A DNA stretch of 52,651 bases from Flammeovirgaceae bacterium (GCA_003232185.1 QIMC01000189.1:1-52651); one strand, 5' to 3'. Counted from the stretch's first letter, positions 1 through 11,395 are shown. The notes: generated from the sequence alone by a model not told the origin. Program-made: numbers and translations.

Positions 1-216
1 GTATCCTCAACTTTGGTTTCGGGAGTATCCTCAGCCTTGGCTTCAGGAGCATCCTCAACTTTGGCTTCAGGAGTATCCTCAACTTTGACTTCAGGAGCAT
101 CCTCAACTTTGGCTTCAGGTGCCTCTTCAACTTTGGCTTCGGGAGTATCTTCAACTTTTACTTCAGGAGCATCCTCAACTTTGGCTTCCGGAGTATCCTC
201 AACTTTGACTTCCGGA
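1..216. repeat. At least 9 tandem copies of a 24-nt unit (plus-strand consensus G[TC]ATCCTCAACTTTGGCTTCAGGA), continuing beyond the window edge
   Basis: Unit boundaries counted by hand every 24 nt from base 1 to 216, with 1-4 substitutions per unit. On the minus strand the units encode alternating DAPEVKVE / DTPEAKVE octapeptides of the L17 tail. Confidence 0.9.
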
Positions 217-740
217 GCATCTGCCTGTACAGATTCCTCAGGTGATTCATCTTGTATCACAGCCTCCGTAGATTCAGTTTTTGAAGTATCAACTTCAGTA
301 GCGATTGGTTGAGCACTACCTTTTCCGCGGCCACGTCTACGTGTTTTAGATCGTTTAGGCTTAGAGTCTTTAAGTAAAGCTTCATTGTAATCCACCAGCT
401 CGATTACACACATGCTGGCGTTGTCACCAAGTCTATTCCCGGTTTTTAAAATTCTTGTATAGCCTCCGGGCCTATCTGCTACCTTATCTGAAACATCATC
501 AAATAAAGTATTGACTGATTCCTTATTTTGCAAATAGCGGAAAACCATACGTCGTGAATGAGTGGTATCACTCTTTGCCCTGGTTATAATTGGCTCAACG
601 TATTTCCTAAGTGCCTTTGCTTTGGCCACAGTAGTAACAATCCGTTTCTCTTGAATTAGGGAAGTAGCCATATTAGATAGCATGGCTTTTCGATGCGAAG
701 CCGTCCTGCTCAGGTGATTTATCTTTTTCCCGTGTCTCAT
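1..740 (-). CDS. rplQ: 50S ribosomal protein L17, 3' end truncated by the window edge. Canonical L17 core followed by a long Pro/Glu/Lys/Val/Asp repeat tail.
   Basis: Absent from the ORF track because it has no stop in the window. Reverse translation from ATG at 738-740 gives [58 protein letters not shown]...[29 protein letters not shown], an L17 signature. It lies directly downstream of rpoA. The frame stays open to base 1. Confidence 0.9.
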   Translation of the reverse strand, partial: MRHGKKINHLSRTASHRKAMLSNMATSLIQEKRIVTTVAKAKALRKYVEPIITRAKSDTTHSRRMVFRYLQNKESVNTLFDDVSDKVADRPGGYTRILKTGNRLGDNASMCVIELVDYNEALLKDSKPKRSKTRRRGRGKGSAQPIATEVDTSKTESTEAVIQDESPEESVQADAPEVKVEDTPEAKVEDAPEVKVEDTPEAKVEEAPEAKVEDAPEVKVEDTPEAKVEDAPEAKAEDTPETKVED

Positions 741-744
741 CTAA

Positions 745-1734
745 TTAGTCCTCTTCTAGTTTATATTTTAATAGATCCATACCAAAAGTTAGGTTTTTGT
801 CGGACACTAGTTGCTCCAATTCAGCCAGTGATTTTTTTCCGAAATTCCTAAACTTCATCATATCCGAGATCTCCAATCGAACCAAGTCTCCAAGTGATCT
901 AACATCAGCAGCCTTAAGGCAATTATAAGCCCTTACTGACAGATCTAGGTCATTTAAAGAAGTTTTCAGAAGTTTCCTCATGTGAAGCATTTCCTCATCT
1001 ACAGTTTCAGGTTCTCCTTGATCAACAGCTTCTAAGAACATGGTTTGATCAGAGAATAACATAAAATGTTGTATCAGTATATTTGCAGCTCCTTTTAATG
1101 CATTTTCAGGATGTATGGATCCGTCAGTCTCAATGTTAAGAATTAACATCTCATAGTCTGTTTTCTGTTCCACCCTGGTATTCTCCACGTTGTATTTTAC
1201 ATTTACAATTGGAGTAAATACTGCATCAATTGGAATGAATCCAAATACTTGTTCACTCGGTTTGTTTTCTTCGGCTGGTAAATATCCCCGGCCTTTCTCA
1301 ATGGTGATCTCAAATTCAAGATTGATAGAATCACTCAACTGGCAGATTAATTGCTCTGGGTTTAGCACCTCGAAAGAGTTGGTGAAATTTGCAATATCTC
1401 CCGCCACTAATTCTTTCTGATTCTTAATAGAGATATTGATCTTGCTATCTAATACATCTGCGATCTTTTTAAAACGTATCATTTTCAGGTTCAATATGAT
1501 CTCTGAAACGTCTTCTAAAACTCCTTCAATTGTTGAGAATTCATGTAATACACCAGGTATTTTGATCCCGGTAATGGCATAACCTTCCAAAGAAGATAAT
1601 AGTATCCGACGTAACGCATTTCCAATTGTTACACCATAACCTTTTTCAAGAGGTTTAAAGATGAATAAACCTTTAAAATCATCGGCTTTATCCATTGCCA
1701 CTTTTTCAGGCATTTGAAATGATAATATTGACAT
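745..1734 (-). CDS. rpoA: DNA-directed RNA polymerase subunit alpha
   Basis: 329-aa ORF with typical N-terminal and C-terminal alpha domains (…[20 protein letters not shown]…). Position between rpsD and rplQ. Confidence 0.97.
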   Translation of the reverse strand: MSILSFQMPEKVAMDKADDFKGLFIFKPLEKGYGVTIGNALRRILLSSLEGYAITGIKIPGVLHEFSTIEGVLEDVSEIILNLKMIRFKKIADVLDSKINISIKNQKELVAGDIANFTNSFEVLNPEQLICQLSDSINLEFEITIEKGRGYLPAEENKPSEQVFGFIPIDAVFTPIVNVKYNVENTRVEQKTDYEMLILNIETDGSIHPENALKGAANILIQHFMLFSDQTMFLEAVDQGEPETVDEEMLHMRKLLKTSLNDLDLSVRAYNCLKAADVRSLGDLVRLEISDMMKFRNFGKKSLAELEQLVSDKNLTFGMDLLKYKLEED

Positions 1735-1788
1735 ATTACTTGGTGATTTAAATTGCGATAAATATCTTATATATAGGTGTTAAGTGCA

Positions 1789-2394
1789 CTATTTAGAGTA
1801 CAGCTCAACAATCAATTGTTCCTGAATTTTTTCTGGTATTTCCTCTCTTGGCGGTACATTTATAAATGTACCTTCCATAAGTTCGGCATTCCACTGCATC
1901 CATGAAAATTTATTACCTGGACGGCCTGTCAAACTATCGACCACAACTTCCAGTGACTTGGATTTCTCTCTTACTCCCACATTGTCTCCTGGTTTCAATG
2001 TATATGATGGGATATTTACGATTTGACCATTTACAATGATGTGCTTGTGCGATACCAGTTGGCGTGCTGCCCTTCTGGTTGGAGCAATACCCAGTCGGAA
2101 TACGGTATTATCCAGTCTTGCCTCTAAAAGTTGCAATAGAACTGTTCCGGTTATACCTTCTTTTCTGGAAGCTTTATGAAAAAGGTTAGCAAATTGTTTT
2201 TCCAAAACACCATAGGTGTACTTAGCCTTTTGCTTTTCCATCAACTGAATGGAGTATTCCGATTGTTTACGCCTTCTTCCCCGCCCGTGTTGCCCTGGAG
2301 GGTAAGCTTTTTTCGTCACTGATTTACTAGTCCCAAAAATTGGATCTGAAAATCTCCTGGCAACTTTGGCACGTGGTCCTGTATATCTAGCCAT
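1789..2394 (-). CDS. rpsD: 30S ribosomal protein S4
   Basis: 201 aa, [15 protein letters not shown]… with an S4 RNA-binding domain. Operon position. Confidence 0.97.
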   Translation of the reverse strand: MARYTGPRAKVARRFSDPIFGTSKSVTKKAYPPGQHGRGRRRKQSEYSIQLMEKQKAKYTYGVLEKQFANLFHKASRKEGITGTVLLQLLEARLDNTVFRLGIAPTRRAARQLVSHKHIIVNGQIVNIPSYTLKPGDNVGVREKSKSLEVVVDSLTGRPGNKFSWMQWNAELMEGTFINVPPREEIPEKIQEQLIVELYSK

Positions 2395-2415
2395 CTACCT
2401 ATGTCTTTTTATATA

Positions 2416-2808
2416 TTAAACTCTTCTTCTTTTTGCTGGGCGACATCCGTTATGCGGAAGCGGTGTCATATCTTTTATGGCTGTTACTTCGATACCAGAA
2501 TTCTGTATGGTTCTGATGGCCGAATCTCTGCCTGCTCCAGGTCCTTTAACAAATACCTCAACTTTCCTCAAACCCAAATCATGTGCTTTCTTGGCACAAT
2601 CTTCCGCAGCCATTTGCGCAGCGTATGGTGTATTCTTTTTAGAACCTTTAAATCCCATCTTACCTGCCGAGGCCCACGAGATTACCTGTCCGGAGCTATT
2701 GGTCAATGAAATAATAATGTTGTTGAAAGAAGCACGGATATGAGCCTGTCCAACCGGCTCCACAACAACTACTCGCTTCTTTGCTTTATCTTTTCTTTTC
2801 TGTGCCAT
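2416..2808 (-). CDS. rpsK: 30S ribosomal protein S11
   Basis: 130 aa, …[24 protein letters not shown]…. Confidence 0.97.
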   Translation of the reverse strand: MAQKRKDKAKKRVVVVEPVGQAHIRASFNNIIISLTNSSGQVISWASAGKMGFKGSKKNTPYAAQMAAEDCAKKAHDLGLRKVEVFVKGPGAGRDSAIRTIQNSGIEVTAIKDMTPLPHNGCRPAKRRRV

Positions 2809-2826
2809 AATTAGTATTCTTCAAAG

Positions 2827-3204
2827 CTATTTAAGAGCCTTTTTCTTATTAGCAACGGTTTTTCTTTTGCCCTTTCGGGTTCTTGCATTGTTTTTGGTTC
2901 TCTGACCCCTTACCGGCATGCTTCTACGATGCCTAAGTCCACGGTAACATCCGATATCCAGCAGTCGTTTGATTCCTAATTGAACCTCAGATTTGAGTAC
3001 TCCTTCAACCTTGAACGCTTCACTGATGATTGCCCGAATTTTATTGGATTCCTCATCGGTCCATTCACTTACTTTCTTGTCCCAATCAATACCAGCTTTG
3101 GTCAATATGTTCTGTGCTGATCGACGACCAACGCCATAAATATATGTAAGGCCTACTTCGCCCCTTTTATTATCTGGAATATCAACTCCTGAAAATCTAG
3201 CCAT
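2827..3204 (-). CDS. rpsM: 30S ribosomal protein S13
   Basis: 125 aa, [14 protein letters not shown]…[27 protein letters not shown]. Confidence 0.97.
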   Translation of the reverse strand: MARFSGVDIPDNKRGEVGLTYIYGVGRRSAQNILTKAGIDWDKKVSEWTDEESNKIRAIISEAFKVEGVLKSEVQLGIKRLLDIGCYRGLRHRRSMPVRGQRTKNNARTRKGKRKTVANKKKALK

Positions 3205-3227
3205 TTTCTTCTAATTTTATCTCTTAA

Positions 3228-3344
3228 TTAGCCCTGCCGCTGCTTAAAGCGAGGATTTTTTTTATTAATGACGTAGACCTTACCTTTCCTGCGAATTATC
3301 TTGCAGTCAGCACTACGTTTTTTTACAGATGCTTTTACTTTCAT
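3228..3344 (-). CDS. rpmJ: 50S ribosomal protein L36 (form lacking the CxxC…CxxxH zinc ligands)
   Basis: Too short for the ORF track. Reverse translation of 3344->3228 gives [38 protein letters not shown] (38 aa). It lies between infA and rpsM. Confidence 0.93.
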   Translation of the reverse strand: MKVKASVKKRSADCKIIRRKGKVYVINKKNPRFKQRQG

Positions 3345-3352
3345 TGCCCTTA

Positions 3353-3571
3353 TTATTTATATCTGTATACTATTCTACCCTTTGTTAGGTCGTAAGGAGA
3401 CATCTCCAATTTTACCTTATCACCTGGAAGTATTTTGATGTAATTCATTCTCATTTTTCCTGAAATATGGGCGATTACCTGGTGACCATTTTCCAGTTCG
3501 ACCCGGAACATAGCATTCGAAAGTGCTTCAACTATGGTACCGTCTTGTTCTATGGATGCTTGTTTCGCCAT
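3353..3571 (-). CDS. infA: Translation initiation factor IF-1
   Basis: 72 aa, …[43 protein letters not shown]…. Confidence 0.97.
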   Translation of the reverse strand: MAKQASIEQDGTIVEALSNAMFRVELENGHQVIAHISGKMRMNYIKILPGDKVKLEMSPYDLTKGRIVYRYK

Positions 3572-4344
3572 TATATCTGAAATACTTCTTCTATATACTT
3601 ATGTGTGGTTAATACTTCCGGAGTCCCATTCATAACTGCTACTGTATGTTCAAAATGTGCCGAAGGTCGATGGTCCTGTGTTCTGATAGTCCACCCATCA
3701 TCTTCTTGAACCACATTTCGAGTACCCATGTTAACCATCGGTTCAATTGCAATGATCAATCCGGATTTCAACTTTGTACCCCTTCCACGTTTTCCATAAT
3801 TGGGCACTTCCGGACTTTCGTGCAATGTCTTTCCAATTCCATGACCCACTAATTCCCTAACCACACTGAAACCAGATTCTTCCACATAATTTTGTATAGC
3901 AAATCCAATGTCTCCTATTCTATTACCTGTTTTGGCATTCTCGATGCCTAAATACAGTGATTTCTTAGTTACCCTAAGCAGATTTCTTACTGCCTCTGTT
4001 ACTTCTCCAATCGGGTAGGTATAAGCTGCATCACTATGAAACCCCTTATATAAAACCCCACAATCGATCGACACTATATCGCCACTTTCTAATTTATGAC
4101 CACCTGGTATTCCGTGAACAACTTGCTCATTGGTCGATATACACAAAGACCCCGGAAACCCATTATAGCCCTTAAAAGAAGGCACTCCTCCCTGACCCCG
4201 AATATATTCTTCAGCAACCTTATCAAGTTCTTCAGTAGAAACTCCAGGGGCTATCAACTTGGCTACCTCCGCATGCGCCCGGCTGAGAATTTCTCCGCTT
4301 TGTCTGATTAGATCGATCTCATCGCTGGTTTTATAATGAATCAT
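3571..4344 (-). CDS. map: Type I methionine aminopeptidase
   Basis: 257 aa with a MetAP metal-ligand pattern (…DIVSIDCG…, …HGIG…, …IAIEPM…). Position between secY and infA. Confidence 0.93.
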   Translation of the reverse strand: MIHYKTSDEIDLIRQSGEILSRAHAEVAKLIAPGVSTEELDKVAEEYIRGQGGVPSFKGYNGFPGSLCISTNEQVVHGIPGGHKLESGDIVSIDCGVLYKGFHSDAAYTYPIGEVTEAVRNLLRVTKKSLYLGIENAKTGNRIGDIGFAIQNYVEESGFSVVRELVGHGIGKTLHESPEVPNYGKRGRGTKLKSGLIIAIEPMVNMGTRNVVQEDDGWTIRTQDHRPSAHFEHTVAVMNGTPEVLTTHKYIEEVFQI

Positions 4345-4345
4345 T

Positions 4346-5662
4346 TTATGCTATCGCGATGTTTTGAGACCGTCCTTTTATTCTTCCAGATTTCATTAGC
4401 CCTTCATAGTGCCTCATCAACAAATAACTTTCTATTTGTTGCAATGTATCCAGTATAACACCCACCATTATCAGTAATGAAGTCCCTCCATAGAAGTATG
4501 AAAATCCACGAGTGACTCCAGCCATGCTGGCAATTGCCGGCAATATGGCCACCACTGCAAGGAAAATCGATCCAGGAAGGGTTATCCTGGTAAGTACATT
4601 ATCTATAAACTCCGAAGTTTGTTTGCCCGGTTTTATGCCGGGTATAAAACCCCCATTTCTCTTTAAGTTATCACCGATATCATTGGGATTTACCGTAATA
4701 GCAGTATAGAAGAAGGTGAACACTATTATCAGCAAACCGAAAACTACATTGTACTGCCACGATGTGAAATCGTTGAATGTATTTCCTATGGTGTTAGCAA
4801 TCTCGCTATTATCTCTCCAGAAACCGGCAACCATTCCAGGAATAAACATGAGTGCTTGTGCAAAAATGATTGGCATAACTCCACTGGAGTTAACTTTCAA
4901 AGGAATGTATTGACGCTGCCCACCATATACTTTGTTGCCTACAACTTGTTTAGCGTATTGTACAGGGATACGCCGTACTGCCTGAGTAAGCATTACTACG
5001 GTCATCACCACAAAAAACAAAGCGAGTATTTCAAAGATGAATAATAAAGCACCCTGCATTCCCTTAGCAGCAGCCTCCTGGATTAGCGCTTGCGGAAATC
5101 CAGCGATAATTCCGATCATGATAAGCATTGATATACCGTTCCCTATCCCCTTATCAGTAATTTTCTCTCCAAGCCACATACAGAACATGGTTCCTGTAGT
5201 AATAATGATTACAGAGGATATAGTAAAGAAAACTCTGCTTTCTACCAAAATAGCTTCCGCTGGAATGGTAACTGCGATATAACTTATCGATTGAGCTGCA
5301 GTAATAAGAATGGTCAGAACCCTGGTGATTTGGGTCATTTTTTTTCGACCAGAATCTCCCTCTTTTTGCATTTTTTGGAAGTAGGGCACAGCAACCGTTA
5401 ACAATTGAATTACAATTGAAGCCGATATGTAAGGCATGATCCCCAAAGCAAAAATAGATGCCCGGTTAAAAGCTCCTCCAAGAAAAATATCCAGAAAATC
5501 AAAAATCCCGCCAGGGCTGGTGAGTTTGTCAGGATCAACTCCCGGCAAAACCACGAATGAACCCAAACGGAAAATAATCAGGAATCCAATGGTATTAAAG
5601 ATCCTGACCCGTAGGTCTTCGATTGAGAAAATATTTTTTATGGTTTGAAAGAATCTCTTCAT
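4346..5662 (-). CDS. secY: Preprotein translocase subunit SecY
   Basis: 438-aa polytopic membrane protein, …GIMPYISASIVIQLL…. Position after rplO. Confidence 0.96.
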   Translation of the reverse strand: MKRFFQTIKNIFSIEDLRVRIFNTIGFLIIFRLGSFVVLPGVDPDKLTSPGGIFDFLDIFLGGAFNRASIFALGIMPYISASIVIQLLTVAVPYFQKMQKEGDSGRKKMTQITRVLTILITAAQSISYIAVTIPAEAILVESRVFFTISSVIIITTGTMFCMWLGEKITDKGIGNGISMLIMIGIIAGFPQALIQEAAAKGMQGALLFIFEILALFFVVMTVVMLTQAVRRIPVQYAKQVVGNKVYGGQRQYIPLKVNSSGVMPIIFAQALMFIPGMVAGFWRDNSEIANTIGNTFNDFTSWQYNVVFGLLIIVFTFFYTAITVNPNDIGDNLKRNGGFIPGIKPGKQTSEFIDNVLTRITLPGSIFLAVVAILPAIASMAGVTRGFSYFYGGTSLLIMVGVILDTLQQIESYLLMRHYEGLMKSGRIKGRSQNIAIA

Positions 5663-6111
5663 TATCCTACAATCACCACTTTACCTCCTGATTTTGTTAT
5701 TGATTCCGATGCAGTGGCCGAAAACGCATGAGCGGACACTTCAACTTTAGCTGTTATGGCTCCTCCACCTAATATCTTTACTAAGTCCCTTTTTCCGACC
5801 AATCCATTCGCAACCAAAAGTTCGAGGGTAATGGTTTTCTCTTTAGATGAATCTGCTAACTGTTGAATAACATCAAGGTTGATCGCCTTATATTCAATTC
5901 GATTGGGGTTTTTGAAACCAAACTTTGGTACACGTCTTTGCAAAGGCATCTGTCCTCCCTCAAATCCAAATTTTCGAGAATAACCTGACCTTGACTGGGC
6001 ACCCTTGTGACCACGAGTTGAGGTTCCGCCCCTACCAGACCCTTGCCCTCGCCCGATTCGTTTCTTATTCTTTGTTGACCCCTCATTGGGTTTTAGCGTA
6101 TGCAATTTCAT
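5662..6111 (-). CDS. rplO: 50S ribosomal protein L15
   Basis: 149 aa, …RIGRGQGSGRGGTSTRGHKGAQSRSG…. Confidence 0.96.
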   Translation of the reverse strand: MKLHTLKPNEGSTKNKKRIGRGQGSGRGGTSTRGHKGAQSRSGYSRKFGFEGGQMPLQRRVPKFGFKNPNRIEYKAINLDVIQQLADSSKEKTITLELLVANGLVGKRDLVKILGGGAITAKVEVSAHAFSATASESITKSGGKVVIVG

Positions 6112-6112
6112 A

Positions 6113-6292
6113 TTAAAGTTCCGTTACGGTAACTAAATGCTTAACCTTATTAATCATTCCCAATATTTGGGGGGTAGCTTCATGCTCTACCGTTCTATGT
6201 AGTTTTCCAAGACCCAAAGCTTTAATGGTAAGCTTTTGTCGTCTGGGTCTCCTTATAGTGCTGCGTACTTGTGTCACTGCTACTTTTCCCAT
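6113..6292 (-). CDS. rpmD: 50S ribosomal protein L30
   Basis: Too short for the ORF track. Reverse translation of 6292->6113 gives [59 protein letters not shown] (59 aa). It lies between rpsE and rplO. Confidence 0.93.
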   Translation of the reverse strand: MGKVAVTQVRSTIRRPRRQKLTIKALGLGKLHRTVEHEATPQILGMINKVKHLVTVTEL

Positions 6293-6297
6293 GTCTA

Positions 6298-6816
6298 TTA
6301 ACCGTTAAACACTTTAGATAAAGAAACTCCTCTTTGCTGCGCTATCGCATATGCATCACGCATTTTTCCCAGAGCATTGAAAGTAGCTTTTACTACATTA
6401 TGTGGATTTGATGAACCTTTAGACTTGGCCAATACATCCTTTATACCTGCACTTTCCAAAACTGCTCTCATTGCTCCTCCTGCAATAACACCAGTACCCG
6501 GTGAAGCAGGTTTCAATAGTACCAGACCTCCACCGTATTTGCCGATGGCTTGATGAGGAACAGTATTTTTATATACCGGAACTTTGACCAGGTTTTTCTT
6601 GGCATCATCAATCCCCTTGGTGATTGCATCGGTAACCTCGTTTGCTTTTCCTAATCCATAACCTACAACACCATTGCCATCACCCACCACCACAATAGCT
6701 GAAAAACTGAATCTTCGACCTCCTTTAACCACCTTGGCCACTCTCTTAATGGCTACCACCTTCTCCTTCAGATCGATTTCACTGGCCTTTACCGACTTAA
6801 TGTTACTTTGAGACAT
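6298..6816 (-). CDS. rpsE: 30S ribosomal protein S5
   Basis: 172 aa, …[30 protein letters not shown]…. Confidence 0.97.
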   Translation of the reverse strand: MSQSNIKSVKASEIDLKEKVVAIKRVAKVVKGGRRFSFSAIVVVGDGNGVVGYGLGKANEVTDAITKGIDDAKKNLVKVPVYKNTVPHQAIGKYGGGLVLLKPASPGTGVIAGGAMRAVLESAGIKDVLAKSKGSSNPHNVVKATFNALGKMRDAYAIAQQRGVSLSKVFNG

Positions 6817-6818
6817 AT

Positions 6819-7166
6819 CTAAAAATTTAAACCACCTTCCCTGGCACCTTCAGCCAAGGCTTTTACTCTACCATGGTATACATAACCTCCTCTATCAAAT
6901 ACCACTTTCTCTACTCCGTTGGCACCGGCTTTTTCTGCTAGTTTCTTCCCTACTTCCTTCGCGACCGCAACAGTGATTCCGGAAGTACCAAGTTCTTTTG
7001 ATGAAGCAGCCACAATTGTATGACCATCTTCATCATTAATGATCTGTGCATATATAGCTTTGTTGCTTTTGAATACCGACAAGCGCGGCGTTTCAGAAGT
7101 TCCGGAAAGCCGTCTTCGAATTCCCTGCCTGATGCGCAGTCTTCTTTTTACTTTTTTCGTTGCCAT
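6819..7166 (-). CDS. rplR: 50S ribosomal protein L18
   Basis: 115 aa, …[19 protein letters not shown]…[27 protein letters not shown]. Confidence 0.97.
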   Translation of the reverse strand: MATKKVKRRLRIRQGIRRRLSGTSETPRLSVFKSNKAIYAQIINDEDGHTIVAASSKELGTSGITVAVAKEVGKKLAEKAGANGVEKVVFDRGGYVYHGRVKALAEGAREGGLNF

Positions 7167-7171
7167 ACCCT

Positions 7172-7726
7172 TTATTTTGCAGCAGTTTTACCAGCTTTGC
7201 GTCTAACTTGTTCTCCAACGAAACGTACACCCTTTCCTTTGTAAGGCTCTACTTTCCTAAGAGATCTTATCTTAGCTGCAACCTGACCAATCAACTGTTT
7301 GTCTATTCCTTCTAATGTTACTCTTGGGTTCTTGCCCTTTAGTGTCTCCGCTTTTACAGAAATCTCTTTCGGAACTGCGAAAAAAATGCTGTGTGAATAC
7401 CCCAGGCTAAATTCTAACAAATTACCTTGAGCCGTTGCTTTGTAACCAACACCAATTAATTCCAATTCTTTTTTATAGCCATCACAAACGCCAACAATCA
7501 TATTATTTACTAACGAACGAAACAAGCCATGGATTGACTTATGTCGTTTTTGTTCAGTTGGCCGGTTAAATTTCAGTTCACCATCATCAAAATTAATCTC
7601 AATATCGGGATCAACCTGCTGTTGTAGTTCACCTTTAGGGCCTTTCACCGTTACCAAATTGCCGTCTGATATATCAACTGATACATCCTCGGGGACAACT
7701 ATGGGTTTGTTACCTATCCTTGACAT
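7172..7726 (-). CDS. rplF: 50S ribosomal protein L6
   Basis: 184 aa, [17 protein letters not shown]…[10 protein letters not shown]. Confidence 0.97.
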   Translation of the reverse strand: MSRIGNKPIVVPEDVSVDISDGNLVTVKGPKGELQQQVDPDIEINFDDGELKFNRPTEQKRHKSIHGLFRSLVNNMIVGVCDGYKKELELIGVGYKATAQGNLLEFSLGYSHSIFFAVPKEISVKAETLKGKNPRVTLEGIDKQLIGQVAAKIRSLRKVEPYKGKGVRFVGEQVRRKAGKTAAK

Positions 7727-7739
7727 TTCTTAACAATCT

Positions 7740-8135
7740 TTAATACACGTGGCACAATACTTCTCCTCCGATATGCAGATTCCTTGCTTCTTTATCCGTC
7801 ATTATTCCCTGAGAAGTAGATAAAATAGCAATACCCAAACCATTGAGTACCCTGGGTAGTTGATCTGCACTGGCATATTTTCTCAGACCCGGTTTGCTTA
7901 TTCTTTCCAATTGTTGGATTGAAGGAGCCTTGGTCTCCGGGTTGTATTTTAATGCAACTTTAATGGTGCCTTGAGGACCTGCCTCTTCAAATTTAAAGTT
8001 CCTTATATACCCTTTCTCATGTAGTACCTTGGTAATTTCCTTCTTTAGGTTAGAGGAAGGTACTTCCACAATCCGATGTTTCGCTTTTATGGCGTTTCGC
8101 AACCGGGTTAAATAATCAGCTATAGGATCTGTCAT
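7740..8135 (-). CDS. rpsH: 30S ribosomal protein S8
   Basis: The ORF track starts at a TTG (8177). I trimmed to ATG at 8133-8135, giving [15 protein letters not shown]… (131 aa), the canonical S8 N-terminus. Confidence 0.95.
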   Translation of the reverse strand: MTDPIADYLTRLRNAIKAKHRIVEVPSSNLKKEITKVLHEKGYIRNFKFEEAGPQGTIKVALKYNPETKAPSIQQLERISKPGLRKYASADQLPRVLNGLGIAILSTSQGIMTDKEARNLHIGGEVLCHVY

Positions 8136-8174
8136 GTTATTTTCATTTTCTAACCGGCTCGCCAAACCAGCCTG

Positions 8175-8182
8175 CAAAGTTA
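8175..8182 (-). promoter_or_regulatory. Possible internal -7 promoter box TAACTTTG(CA) upstream of rpsH, with no TTG at -33
   Basis: The minus strand reads …GTTAACTAACTTTGCAGGCTGG…. It matches the TAnnTTTG(CA) box seen at the four strong promoters in this window. The position 19 nt upstream is TTT, not TTG. Confidence 0.3.
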
Positions 8183-8223
8183 GTTAACTTTTAAATTTTA
8201 TAAAGTATATAGTGCCAGAATAT

Positions 8224-8493
8224 TTACCAGCTTGCCTTGGTAATTCCGGGAATAATACCTTGCGAGGCTAATTCCCTAAAAGTCACCCTACTGATGCCAA
8301 ACTTCCTCATATATCCCTTGGGTCTACCGGTCAGTTTACAACGGTTGTGTAGCCGTACCGGGGAAGAATTTCTAGGCAATTTGTCCAATCCCACATAATC
8401 TCCGGCAGCCTTTAACGCTTTACGTTTAGCGGCATATTTAGCCACCATGCGCTCTCGTTTCCTTTCCCTTGCTTTTATTGATTCTCTAGCCAT
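8224..8493 (-). CDS. rpsN: 30S ribosomal protein S14 (long form, no CxxC motif)
   Basis: ORF trimmed to ATG at 8491-8493, giving [28 protein letters not shown]…KASW (89 aa). Confidence 0.95.
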   Translation of the reverse strand: MARESIKARERKRERMVAKYAAKRKALKAAGDYVGLDKLPRNSSPVRLHNRCKLTGRPKGYMRKFGISRVTFRELASQGIIPGITKASW

Positions 8494-8500
8494 TTTTATT

Positions 8501-9052
8501 TTAATTTTTATGCTTGAAAGGCAATCCAAATGCTTTCAACAACTCGTAGCTTTCTTCATCAGTGTTTGCTGTAGTAACAAATGTAATATCCATACCAGAT
8601 ATTCTGTTTATTTTATCAATACTTATTTCTGGAAATATTATTTGTTCCTGTACACCTAAGGTATAGTTTCCCCGACCATCAAAGCTTTTGTTACTGATGC
8701 CTCTGAAATCCCTTACCCGAGGCAGCGCAACAGTCATTAGCCTATCCAAAAACTCATACATCCGGTCTCCACGTAAAGTAACTCTTGCTCCAATGGGCAT
8801 ACCGTCACGAAGTTTGAAATTCGAGATGGATTTTTTTGCTTTGGTAGGTACCGCCAGTTGACCAGTAATGGTTGATAATTCCTCCACTCCTTGATCAACC
8901 AACTTTTTATCACTCACCGCATCACCTACTCCCTTGTTAACGCATATCTTGGTTAATTTTGGGACTTGCATCACAGAACTGTATTGGAACTTCTCTTTAA
9001 GCTCCGGAACTATCTCATTAAGATATTTTTTCTTTAGTCTAGGGCTAAGCAT
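8501..9052 (-). CDS. rplE: 50S ribosomal protein L5
   Basis: 183 aa, [22 protein letters not shown]…. Overlaps the rplX stop by 8 nt. Confidence 0.96.
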   Translation of the reverse strand: MLSPRLKKKYLNEIVPELKEKFQYSSVMQVPKLTKICVNKGVGDAVSDKKLVDQGVEELSTITGQLAVPTKAKKSISNFKLRDGMPIGARVTLRGDRMYEFLDRLMTVALPRVRDFRGISNKSFDGRGNYTLGVQEQIIFPEISIDKINRISGMDITFVTTANTDEESYELLKAFGLPFKHKN

Positions 9053-9380
9053 TTTTTATAATTTCTCCGGTTTTCTTAGAATATCTTTGCAATTTCCCCT
9101 TCTCATCCTTCTTTCTGCCAATTCGGGTAGCCTCACCGTTAGCGGGATCCACCAACATAATATTGCTTAGGTGTATAGAAGCTTCGGTTTTTTCAATTCC
9201 TCCCTGAGGATTAGAAGCTGAAGGTTTTACATGTTTGGTTACCATGTTTAACCCCTCTACAATCGCTCTGTATCTGGCTCTTTGAACCACAAGCACTTTT
9301 CCTGTTTTCCCACGAGCGTTTCCAGAGATCACTTTTACAGTATCTCCGCTCTTTATGTGTAACTTTTTTATCGTTTTCAT
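9045..9380 (-). CDS. rplX: 50S ribosomal protein L24
   Basis: 111 aa with a KOW motif, …[22 protein letters not shown]…. Confidence 0.96.
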   Translation of the reverse strand: MKTIKKLHIKSGDTVKVISGNARGKTGKVLVVQRARYRAIVEGLNMVTKHVKPSASNPQGGIEKTEASIHLSNIMLVDPANGEATRIGRKKDEKGKLQRYSKKTGEIIKNA

Positions 9381-9384
9381 TAAT

Positions 9385-9753
9385 CTAAACTACTTCAGGA
9401 GCTAATGACACAATCTTCATAAATTGCTTTTCCCGCAATTCGCGACCAACAGGACCAAAAATCCTGGTGCCTCTGGGCTCATCTGTGGCACTCAATAATA
9501 CGGCAGCATTATCTTCAAATCGGATATAAGATCCATCTTTACGACGAACTTCCTTTTTAGTTCTTACTACCACCGCTCTTGAAACTGTACCCTTCTTTAA
9601 ACTACTAGATGATAAGGCATCCTTAACAGTAACAACTACTTTATCTCCAATACTGGCATAACGTCTACCGGTACCACCCAAAACTCTAATAACTAAAACC
9701 TCCTTGGCTCCGCTATTGTCTGCTACATTCAGTCTACTCTCCTGTTGAATCAT
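9385..9753 (-). CDS. rplN: 50S ribosomal protein L14
   Basis: 122 aa, [27 protein letters not shown]…. Confidence 0.98.
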   Translation of the reverse strand: MIQQESRLNVADNSGAKEVLVIRVLGGTGRRYASIGDKVVVTVKDALSSSSLKKGTVSRAVVVRTKKEVRRKDGSYIRFEDNAAVLLSATDEPRGTRIFGPVGRELREKQFMKIVSLAPEVV

Positions 9754-9754
9754 T

Positions 9755-10009
9755 TTATTTAGCCTTTTCCAATACTTCTATTAAACGCCACCTTTTCAGC
9801 TTACTTAATGGCCTGGTTTCCATAATTTTGACGGTATCACCAATGCCACATTCATTTTTTTCATCGTGCGCCATGAACTTGGTGGATTTTCGTTGGAACT
9901 TTCCGTATACAGCATGCTTTACTTTACGATCCACTTGCACAGTAATGGATTTATCCATCTTATCACTGACCACGGTGCCAGTTCTCTCTTTTCTCAAATT
10001 TCTTTCCAT
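9755..10009 (-). CDS. rpsQ: 30S ribosomal protein S17
   Basis: 84 aa, …[29 protein letters not shown]…. Confidence 0.97.
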   Translation of the reverse strand: MERNLRKERTGTVVSDKMDKSITVQVDRKVKHAVYGKFQRKSTKFMAHDEKNECGIGDTVKIMETRPLSKLKRWRLIEVLEKAK

Positions 10010-10013
10010 GGCT

Positions 10014-10211
10014 CTATGCGTTACTGGTTTGTTTGATGGTTAATTCCGTATTCATCCTGGCAATTAAGCGCTTCGCCTCCTGGATCTTCATTGGGTTCTC
10101 AATTGGTGAGATAGCATGCGCAAATTTCAATTTCTGTAAGTTTTCCTTTTCAGAAATGACGCGTTCCTGTAATTCGTTGACTGAGAGTGACTTTATTTCT
10201 GAATTATTCAT
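10014..10211 (-). CDS. rpmC: 50S ribosomal protein L29
   Basis: 65 aa, …[27 protein letters not shown]…. Position between rplP and rpsQ. Confidence 0.94.
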   Translation of the reverse strand: MNNSEIKSLSVNELQERVISEKENLQKLKFAHAISPIENPMKIQEAKRLIARMNTELTIKQTSNA

Positions 10212-10214
10212 GTT

Positions 10215-10637
10215 TTATGATGCTACGTAGTCTCTTCTTACTACAAACTTTGTTTGGATTGGGAGCTTCTGAGCAGCTAATCTCAATGATTCTTCTGCCA
10301 ACTCTTTGCTTACTCCACTGGTTTCAAACATAATTGTTCCTGGCTTTACCACAGCTACCCAATATTCAGGAGCTCCTTTTCCTTTACCCATGCGTACTTC
10401 GGCCGGTTTCTTAGTTATAGGCTTGTCTGGAAATATGCGAATCCAAACCTGACCCTCTCTTTTCATAGCCCTGGTCACAGCAATACGGGCGGCTTCTAAT
10501 TGTCTACCGGTGATCCATCCTGTTTCCAGCGATTTCAACCCAAAGCTTCCAAAAGCAATAGTATGTCCCCTTTGTGCAATTCCCTTTACTCTTCCCTTTT
10601 GCTGTTTGCGGTATTTAGTTCTCTTCGGTTGTAACAT
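10215..10637 (-). CDS. rplP: 50S ribosomal protein L16
   Basis: 140 aa, [19 protein letters not shown]…. Confidence 0.98.
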   Translation of the reverse strand: MLQPKRTKYRKQQKGRVKGIAQRGHTIAFGSFGLKSLETGWITGRQLEAARIAVTRAMKREGQVWIRIFPDKPITKKPAEVRMGKGKGAPEYWVAVVKPGTIMFETSGVSKELAEESLRLAAQKLPIQTKFVVRRDYVAS

Positions 10638-10672
10638 TTTATATTCTTTTTCCCGCCAGTAGCGGAACTATA

Positions 10673-11389
10673 CTATCTTCTTTTTCTTTTTGCACCATCA
10701 CGCTTACGCCGGTTGGCCATATCACCACCTCCGGTGTTTCCGATGTTTGGAGAAAGATCTCTTTTTCCAAATATTTCTCCTTTGAATATCCACACCTTAA
10801 TACCAATCTTACCATATACGGTTTTGGCTTCAGAGATCGCGTAGTCGATATCGGCTCGTAAAGTATGCAAAGGAATTCGTCCATCTTTATACTGCTCAGA
10901 TCGTGCCATCTCTGCTCCACCTAATCTCCCGGAAATTTTAATTTTAATCCCCTGAGCTCCAACCCGCATGGCGCTGGCAATAGATTGTTTCATGGCTCTT
11001 CTATAAGAAATTCGAGCCTGCAATTGTTGTGCTATTGATTCTCCAACCAACCTTGCATCTAACTCTGGTCTTTTTATTTCAAATATGTTGATCTGAATAT
11101 CCTTGCCAGTAATCTTTTTCAGTTCTTCCTTAATCTTATCTACTTCTGTTCCTCCTTTACCAATCACCACTCCTGGGCGAGCGGTATGAACAGTAAGGGT
11201 AATCCTCTTAATGGTTCTTTCAATAATAATCTTTGAGATCCCTCCTTTGAGGATTCTGGCACGTATGTACTTTCGGATAGTATGATCCTCAACGATTTTA
11301 TCAGAAAAATCCTTCCCACCGTACCAGTTGGAGTCCCATCCCTTTACGATGCCTAATCTGAATCCTATAGGATTTACTTTTTGTCCCAT
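10673..11389 (-). CDS. rpsC: 30S ribosomal protein S3
   Basis: 238 aa, [23 protein letters not shown]…, with KH and S3-C domains. Confidence 0.98.
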   Translation of the reverse strand: MGQKVNPIGFRLGIVKGWDSNWYGGKDFSDKIVEDHTIRKYIRARILKGGISKIIIERTIKRITLTVHTARPGVVIGKGGTEVDKIKEELKKITGKDIQINIFEIKRPELDARLVGESIAQQLQARISYRRAMKQSIASAMRVGAQGIKIKISGRLGGAEMARSEQYKDGRIPLHTLRADIDYAISEAKTVYGKIGIKVWIFKGEIFGKRDLSPNIGNTGGGDMANRRKRDGAKRKRR

Positions 11390-11395
11390 TATATA

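Noticed and set aside
13-312. 99-aa plus-strand ORF with a Ser/Gly/Ala/Thr/Leu repeat (SGVSSTLASG…)
   Set aside because: It is the antisense reading of the 24-nt repeats. On the minus strand these continue the L17 frame directly from a canonical rplQ core. The minus-strand reading has gene context and the plus-strand one has none.
10639-10920. 93-aa minus-strand ORF
   Set aside because: It lies in an alternative frame almost entirely inside rpsC, with no recognisable similarity. It is an overlap artefact.
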